From NCBI GenBank assembly GCA_965116495.1, contig OZ220696.1, forward strand, positions 448,001 to 512,000: a stretch of 64,000 nt of DNA, given 5' to 3'. This document shows, piece by piece, positions 58,088-64,000 of this stretch (position 1 is the first letter of the stretch; every line of letters starts with the position of its first letter). The position numbers and the translations under genes were made by a program. This DNA comes from Gammaproteobacteria bacterium (GTDB lineage: Bacteria; Pseudomonadota; Gammaproteobacteria; Eutrophobiales; Eutrophobiaceae). The notes below the pieces were generated by a model. The model was not told the origin of the DNA, did not search any database, and saw nothing but the letters and a program-made list of their open reading frames with translations.

Positions 58088-59743
58088 TTATTCACACCTG
58101 AAACTGTCTGCCCGGTTGCCGTCCCCCGAACCCTGGTAACGTGCCGTCTTCGGGTAGGGGCACAGGGGACGGGTCCGGGTAACGCGGTTGTTTTCAACTC
58201 TGGAGGCGATAATCCGGTCCGGCGCTACATCCGCTTCCACCCAGTTAATCAAGGTCGTCATGGTGTCAAACCGGTCCACGTTGCGGCCGCCGTAGCAATG
58301 GAACATACCGGGTATCATATACGTCCTGAAAAAAGACAGTGCTTGTTCACTCCCCATCGTTTGCATGACCTTGTCGTAATACTGCGCGGTCATGATGGGA
58401 CTGACCCCTATATCTCCCCAGCCGTGGTACATAATCAGTTTGCCTCCGTTGTCCCTGAATGCGGAGAGGTCCGGGTTGTCGGCATTGAATATGGCTGACA
58501 TCGCCGCCATCCGGGGCCAGTCTCTTTCCGGGTCCAGTTGTTGCCAGTCAAATTCCGGATCGTCTGTTGTGAAGGCCATATACCGCAACCACGGGACTAA
58601 TATGTCCAGTTGCTGATTGTAACCTGAAATATCCGGGTAGAGGCGGGAATTCCACGATGACAGCATGGGGGATTTGTCTGCAGTGCGGGCCGCGTCCCGT
58701 CTCCCCGGCAGTTCCGCCCCAATCACGATTCCGGGCGCGATTTGCTCACCGTTCAACTCCAGGCCGGCAAAGAGGCGTTGCAGGGTCTTGATCTCGGCGC
58801 GGGTAAACCCATCCCGGCCTGTCTCATCTGCGGGCAGGTCGCGTGCCGGGTCGAAATCGATTTCCAGGGGGTTGCTGATGATGCCGTCCCGCAGGCCGTC
58901 CACCGCATCGAACCTGTCCATGATGAACTTCCCCAACTGCTCAACCTTTGCCGCGGACAGGGCCGTTTCGGCCAGCGCTACCTGGTTGTTCCAGTATTGC
59001 ATCATGATGCCGGCCAGGTCGTAAAACGGCGCGCCCGCGGCAATACCGTTGAAATCATCGGGAAATCGTTGTGCGGCAACCAGGCCCTGGCGCCCGCCCC
59101 CCGAACAACCGTCAAAATAGGAGTAAGTGGCGGTTTTGCCGTAGTAGGCCGCTACCAGGCGTTTTGTCGTGACAATCGTCAAATGGACCGCGCGAAAGCC
59201 GTAATCGATCTCTTTCTGCAGGTCGTTGTGGGCCCAACTGGCATTATGCCCGTCGTCACGGGTATGCCCGGTATCGGTAAAGACCGTGGCAAATCCCTGG
59301 CGTAGCGCCGGACCGGATAATTTGGCGCCGTAGGACCCGGTGACGGACTGGCCGCCGTATCCGCCGTTGCCGTGCATGTAGATACGCCGGTTCCAGTTGT
59401 CGGGTAATTTGAGCATGAACTGGACCTTGGGCTCGATAATCCCATAGATGGCGCACAGCCCGGGCAAACCGCCGGCGGCTTCAATCTCCGTGGCTGAGAT
59501 AACGGCGAAATCAAAGTCCGAGTGGCGGCCAAGTTCACTGCATTTGAGCGCCGGGACCGCAGAGCCGGCAGTGAGGTCCACGGCAATCTCGCTTGCCTCA
59601 AGAAAATTCCCGCCATGTGTAGCCTGTGCCGATGCCGGCGCAGGCAGGCAACTGCAGTAAATCCCGGTGATAATCATCACCTTTGAAAAGCAGGTGTGAA
59701 GAACCGTGCTCAATCCCCGGGGGGGAAGTTGTTCACTACGCAT
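58088..59743 (-). CDS. Tannase/feruloyl esterase-family hydrolase, secreted
   Basis: GNGGYGG, GCSGGGRQG, YHGWGD, PGMFHC, RPLCPYP; tandem paralogue of the previous gene. Confidence 0.9.
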   Translation of the reverse strand: MRSEQLPPRGLSTVLHTCFSKVMIITGIYCSCLPAPASAQATHGGNFLEASEIAVDLTAGSAVPALKCSELGRHSDFDFAVISATEIEAAGGLPGLCAIYGIIEPKVQFMLKLPDNWNRRIYMHGNGGYGGQSVTGSYGAKLSGPALRQGFATVFTDTGHTRDDGHNASWAHNDLQKEIDYGFRAVHLTIVTTKRLVAAYYGKTATYSYFDGCSGGGRQGLVAAQRFPDDFNGIAAGAPFYDLAGIMMQYWNNQVALAETALSAAKVEQLGKFIMDRFDAVDGLRDGIISNPLEIDFDPARDLPADETGRDGFTRAEIKTLQRLFAGLELNGEQIAPGIVIGAELPGRRDAARTADKSPMLSSWNSRLYPDISGYNQQLDILVPWLRYMAFTTDDPEFDWQQLDPERDWPRMAAMSAIFNADNPDLSAFRDNGGKLIMYHGWGDIGVSPIMTAQYYDKVMQTMGSEQALSFFRTYMIPGMFHCYGGRNVDRFDTMTTLINWVEADVAPDRIIASRVENNRVTRTRPLCPYPKTARYQGSGDGNRADSFRCE

Positions 59744-59785
59744 AGAAGCAAGTCGCCCAGGTCGTTGTCTTCAAAAATGCAAGAA

Positions 59786-59868
59786 TGGGGTCAGGTCGCA
59801 CAATGCACACCTGAAGAAATGAGTGGTGTAGTTGCAATTGAAGGTGTGCATTGTGCGACCTGACCCCA
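59786..59868. repeat. REPIN-like inverted repeat with 27-bp perfect arms
   Basis: tggggtcaggtcgcacaatgcacacct ... aggtgtgcattgtgcgacctgacccca; spacer unrelated to that of the 28901 copy. Confidence 0.9.
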
Positions 59869-59916
59869 AAAGTTATGTACGTGTGATCCTACTACAGTTT
59901 GCTATCATTCCGATCC

Positions 59917-60603
59917 ATGGCCGCACCTATAATTGAATTTCGCCACCTGTCCAAATCCTACCGGGAGGCCGATCAGGAGCATGTCGTTCTGGATGATGTA
60001 AACGGGGAAATACACGAAGGGGAGTTTATTGTACTGCTGGGCAAGAGCGGATCCGGAAAATCCACCCTCCTTAATCTCGTCAGCGGTATAGATGCCCCGA
60101 GCCGAGGTGACATACTTGTAAATGGGCAATCACTGACCGGGATGAGCGAGGATGAACGCACCTTATTCCGGCGCCGTCATATTGGCTTCGTGTTCCAGAG
60201 TTTCAACCTGATCCCGACACTGACGGTGAGGGACAACCTGTTGCTGCCGCTGGAGTTGACCGGCCGGCTTGATGACGGCAACCGCACAGCACTCGAGAAT
60301 ATGTTGGAGGAGTTGGACATGGCGCACCGGATTGACTATTACCCCGACAAGCTGTCCACCGGTGAACAACAGCGCATCGCGATTGCCAGGGCGCTGATCC
60401 ACAACCCATCCATCATTCTCGCCGATGAACCCACAGGCAACCTCGACCACGACACCGGGCAGGACGTGTTGAACCTGCTTGACCGGCTGGTGCGCCGCTC
60501 CGGCAGGACCATGATCATGGTCACCCACAGCCGGGAGGTCATCGGCCTCGCCGACCGCCTGATGACGATACGTGATTGCCGGCTGGAAGAAAGTAATTGT
60601 TGA
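59917..60603 (+). CDS. ABC transporter ATP-binding protein (LolD/MacB/AttE-like)
   Basis: GKSGSGKS, LSTGEQQR, ILADEPTGNLD, MVTH. Confidence 0.92.
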   Translation: MAAPIIEFRHLSKSYREADQEHVVLDDVNGEIHEGEFIVLLGKSGSGKSTLLNLVSGIDAPSRGDILVNGQSLTGMSEDERTLFRRRHIGFVFQSFNLIPTLTVRDNLLLPLELTGRLDDGNRTALENMLEELDMAHRIDYYPDKLSTGEQQRIAIARALIHNPSIILADEPTGNLDHDTGQDVLNLLDRLVRRSGRTMIMVTHSREVIGLADRLMTIRDCRLEESNC

Positions 60604-63164
60604 CCGCAAACAAAATCCTGCTACGGTCGAGCCGGCATTTTTTTCTGCGCCACCCCTGGCAACTGGGACTGGCTGTAGCCGGCATCGCACTGGCTGTAGC
60701 CGTGGTGGTGTCCGTCGACCTGGTAAACAAAAGCGCCGGCCATGCTTTCGAACGTTCCACCGAAACCGTCGTCGGCAGGACCACCCACCAGATTATTGGC
60801 GGACCTGCCGGTCTCGATGAAACGCTGTACACCCGGCTGCGTGTCGACCATGGCATGCGCGACCTGGCGCCCGTGATCGAGGCCCACGTTACACTCCGGA
60901 AGGATGAACGGCGGGAGGCCCTGGTCTTACTTGGTCTCGATCCCTTCGCGGAAAGGACATTTCGCGCATACGCCTGGTTCAACAACCTGCAGAACCCGGA
61001 AGGAGAGGGGGTGTTCATCCCCCTGTTGACGGAAAGAAACACCGTACTCCTCGACGCCGCCACGGCAAACCGCCTGGGCCTGGTAGAGAATGATGGTGCG
61101 ACCCTGGTTATCGGCGGCAGGAGCATACCGGTTAGTGTCAAAGGCATCCTGGCCGGGTCCGCAGCGGGAACGTCCCACAGTCCTGACAACCTCCTGCTGG
61201 CGGATATGGCCACTGCCCAGGAACTGCTCGATATGCCGGGACGGATTAACCGGATCGACGTGGTGCTCGAAGACGGAGATGACGGGACGAGAAACAGGCT
61301 GGAAGCCCTGTTGCCTGACGGCGCGGCTTTGCTGCCGGCAAGCACTAGGACCCGTTCCCTGGAGCAGATGACCAGCGCTTTTTATACGAACCTGACCGCA
61401 CTGAGCCTGCTGGCGCTGCTGGTGGGCATGTTTCTCATCTATAACACCATGACCTTCATGGTGATGCAGCGACGTCCTCTGCTTGGCAGGTTGCGGGCCC
61501 TGGGGGCAACGCGGCGGCAACTGGGCGCGATGATTGCCATGGAGGCCTTGCTGGTGGGGCTGGCGGCTACTGCTGCTGGCCTGCTGTTTGGCATCGCACT
61601 GGCGCACGGCCTGTTACAGGTCGTGAACCGCACCTTGAACGAAGTGTATGACCTGCTCACGGATGCGAATCTCACCCTGTCGCATTTCTCATTGATCAAG
61701 GGCGTATTGCTGGGCACGGCAGGGACACTGCTGGCAGCCGGTCCCGCGGCGCTGGAAGCAACCAGGGTCACCCCGGGGCAGGCGCTGCTGCGTTCCCACC
61801 TTGAAACGTCTGCACGGCGCGTGGTGTTGCCCGCGTCCCTTGCGGGCGTTGTTGCGCTGTGCGCAGGGGTTGTGGTTATCCAACTGTCCAGCCCCGGTAT
61901 CGGACTGGGTTTCAGCGGGATATTTATCATTATTGTGGGTGTTGCCCTGTTTATACCCCTGGTGACCGTTGCCCTGATGGCTTGTTTAAAACCCCTCCTG
62001 GGCGGGGTCTTCGGCATATCAGGCCGCTATGCCTGCCAGTCGGTATCGGCTTCCCTGAGCCGCACCACGGCGGCCGTCGCCGCCCTGATGATCGCCATCG
62101 CAACCGTCATCGGCATAGGCCTGATGGTCAATAATTTCCGTATTTCGGTGGACCGTTGGTTGCAACAGGCGCTGCGGGCGCAGATGTACGTATCGCTGCC
62201 GTCGACAGGCACGACGGCCTCGGCCCGCGCCCTGGACGCCGGGATGGCGGAAGCTATCCTCGCATTGCCGCAGGTGAGTGCAGTCAGCAGTGTACGGCGC
62301 ATAAACATTGAATCCTCCCGGGGCCGGACGGAACTTGCTGCCTACGGCCTGAACGAGGTCGCATGGGAAGGGTTCCGGTTCAAACACGGCGATGCGGATG
62401 ACATCTGGACTGACTTTCGCCAGCAAGACACGGTCATTGTTTCCGAGCCCTATGCCTGGCGTCATGGACTGAAACCGGAAGATGTGCTGGAACTGCGCAC
62501 CGATCACGGCAACCGGTCGTTCCGGGTGCTGGGCGTATACAAGGATTACGGTTCCGACCAGGGTGTGGTCAGCATGAGCCGGCGCACCTACGAACGCCAC
62601 TGGCGCGACGACCGCTATTCGGGTTTCGGTATATACACACAGTCCGGAACGGACCTGGAGGCGTTGCGCAGGCAGGTACGGCAACTGGCGCCTGAACGGG
62701 ACCTGTGGCTGCAGGACAGAGACAAGATACTGCAGACATCGCTGGAGGTGTTTGACAATACCTTCGTCGTCACCGAGATCCTGCGGGTGCTGGCGGCCGT
62801 CATCGCCTTTATCGGCGTGTTCAGCGCACTCATGGCGTTACAACTGGAGCGCCGCCGGGAACACGCCCTGCTGCGGGCCGTGGGTTTTCTGCCCGCGCAG
62901 GTACGGCGGCTGATAATTTCGGAAACCGGCCTGCTGGGTCTTGTTGCGGGCCTGCTAGCGGTCCCCGTGGGTTGTCTCATCACCGCCCTGTTGATCCTGG
63001 TCATCAACCGGCGCTCCTTCGGCTGGACCATGGAACTGCAGTTCAGCGCGGACATCATGCTCCAGGGCATTGGCCTTGGTCTTGCCGCGGCCCTGCTTGC
63101 CGGCATCTATCCCGCCTGGAAGATATCCCGTGCGGAACCGGCCGAGGCCCTGAGAACGGAGTAA
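60597..63164 (+). CDS. FtsX/MacB-like ABC permease (AttF/G-like)
   Basis: Duplicated MacB-PCD/FtsX architecture; LRALGATRRQ, LRAVG, INRRSFGW, ALRTE. Confidence 0.9.
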   Translation: MLTANKILLRSSRHFFLRHPWQLGLAVAGIALAVAVVVSVDLVNKSAGHAFERSTETVVGRTTHQIIGGPAGLDETLYTRLRVDHGMRDLAPVIEAHVTLRKDERREALVLLGLDPFAERTFRAYAWFNNLQNPEGEGVFIPLLTERNTVLLDAATANRLGLVENDGATLVIGGRSIPVSVKGILAGSAAGTSHSPDNLLLADMATAQELLDMPGRINRIDVVLEDGDDGTRNRLEALLPDGAALLPASTRTRSLEQMTSAFYTNLTALSLLALLVGMFLIYNTMTFMVMQRRPLLGRLRALGATRRQLGAMIAMEALLVGLAATAAGLLFGIALAHGLLQVVNRTLNEVYDLLTDANLTLSHFSLIKGVLLGTAGTLLAAGPAALEATRVTPGQALLRSHLETSARRVVLPASLAGVVALCAGVVVIQLSSPGIGLGFSGIFIIIVGVALFIPLVTVALMACLKPLLGGVFGISGRYACQSVSASLSRTTAAVAALMIAIATVIGIGLMVNNFRISVDRWLQQALRAQMYVSLPSTGTTASARALDAGMAEAILALPQVSAVSSVRRINIESSRGRTELAAYGLNEVAWEGFRFKHGDADDIWTDFRQQDTVIVSEPYAWRHGLKPEDVLELRTDHGNRSFRVLGVYKDYGSDQGVVSMSRRTYERHWRDDRYSGFGIYTQSGTDLEALRRQVRQLAPERDLWLQDRDKILQTSLEVFDNTFVVTEILRVLAAVIAFIGVFSALMALQLERRREHALLRAVGFLPAQVRRLIISETGLLGLVAGLLAVPVGCLITALLILVINRRSFGWTMELQFSADIMLQGIGLGLAAALLAGIYPAWKISRAEPAEALRTE

Positions 63165-63167
63165 CCG

Positions 63168-64000
63168 ATGTCAGGGCGTAAATTCATGAAATTCGTGAAG
63201 GTAATATTTATCCTGCCGGCAGTCCTTGCAATGTCCGGCTGTGCCGAAAGGAGTGAAGGGAACAGGGATGAACCGATGTCCGTCGCTAACGTATTGCGCG
63301 GCGATCCTGCCGAGGCCTTTGCCCGGGTTGGTGAGCCGCGGGAATTCATCTTCCCGGCCGACCATGGCCCCCACAACGAGTATCGCACCGAATGGTGGTA
63401 CTTCACCGGCAACATCGACGCGGGCGAGGAACACCGCTTCGGTTACCAGCTCACCTTTTTTCGGTTCCGGCCGAGAGCAGGGGAGACAAGCGGTTCTTCC
63501 CGCTGGCGGACTGAACATTTCTACATGGCCCACTTCGCCTTGAGCGATATCAATAATGAAAGGATCCATGCCTTTGAGCGCTTCAGTCGCGCCGCCGCGG
63601 GTCTGGCCGGCGCCGGAGCGGACAGGTTGCATGTCTGGCTTGACGACTGGTCTGCAGAGGGGGCATCACGGGAGACATTCCCCCTGCGCATCCGCGCAAG
63701 GCAAGACCGGATCGGCCTGGACCTTACCCTGCAGCAGGGCAAGGCTGTCGTCCTGCACGGTGAAGACGGCGTCAGCGTGAAGAACGGCGAACCGGGCAAT
63801 GCCTCCTATTACTACTCCTACACCCGCATGCCGACGGCGGGCAGCATCAGCGTTGGAGATACGGCCTACGCGGTACGCGGCAACAGCTGGATGGACAGGG
63901 AGTGGAGCAGCAGCGCCCTGGGCAGGGAACAGGTCGGGTGGGACTGGTTTGCGCTGCAACTGTCAAACGATCATGAACTGATGTACTACCGTTTCCGCCG
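63168..64000 (+). CDS. AttH/CrtC-like lipocalin-fold lipoprotein; runs off the window end
   Basis: Lipobox-like MSGC; FPADHGPH.EYRTEWWYFTGN, SYYYSYTRM, WMDREWSS, GWDWFALQL. Confidence 0.88.
   Translation, partial: MSGRKFMKFVKVIFILPAVLAMSGCAERSEGNRDEPMSVANVLRGDPAEAFARVGEPREFIFPADHGPHNEYRTEWWYFTGNIDAGEEHRFGYQLTFFRFRPRAGETSGSSRWRTEHFYMAHFALSDINNERIHAFERFSRAAAGLAGAGADRLHVWLDDWSAEGASRETFPLRIRARQDRIGLDLTLQQGKAVVLHGEDGVSVKNGEPGNASYYYSYTRMPTAGSISVGDTAYAVRGNSWMDREWSSSALGREQVGWDWFALQLSNDHELMYYRFR

Noticed and set aside
1-64000. CRISPR array
   Set aside because: No regularly spaced direct repeats with unique spacers and no cas genes. The repeats seen are isolated palindromes or coding Sel1 units.
63168-64000. 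Carotenoid biosynthesis cluster
   Set aside because: The CrtC-like gene is in the common AttEFGH-type ABC context with no crt genes nearby.

Overview
This 64-kb window is GC-rich bacterial DNA, probably from a gammaproteobacterium. Sel1 repeats, many toxin-antitoxin (TA) modules and a restriction-modification system fit a host-associated, e.g. sponge-symbiont, lifestyle (inference only). It has no rRNA, tRNA or CRISPR array. It is an accessory catabolic region with four hydantoinase/5-oxoprolinase-family systems, one of them an unusual A + B + degenerate B' operon flanked by TonB receptors. It also encodes three secreted tannase/feruloyl-esterase-family enzymes, PhoD, PQQ and FAD oxidoreductases, an AhcY-like protein with substituted catalytic residues, and a fusion of an archaeal-type CTP-dependent riboflavin kinase with a HAD phosphatase. 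Mobile content includes an IS1634-family element with TTAA|CCC...GGG|TTAA ends, a decayed integrase island with a GANTC-type R-M pair, a TA cluster and several REP/REPIN-like palindromes. The most striking unexplained structure is small integrase-free modules bracketed by repeated ends of host genes. An AAA+ ATPase sits between two copies of a 59-bp gene 3' end, and TA pairs sit between two diverged thyA 3' ends and a folA 5' end. About ten other orphan gene-terminus fragments mark junctions across the window. All family calls come from reading motifs by eye; no database searches were run.
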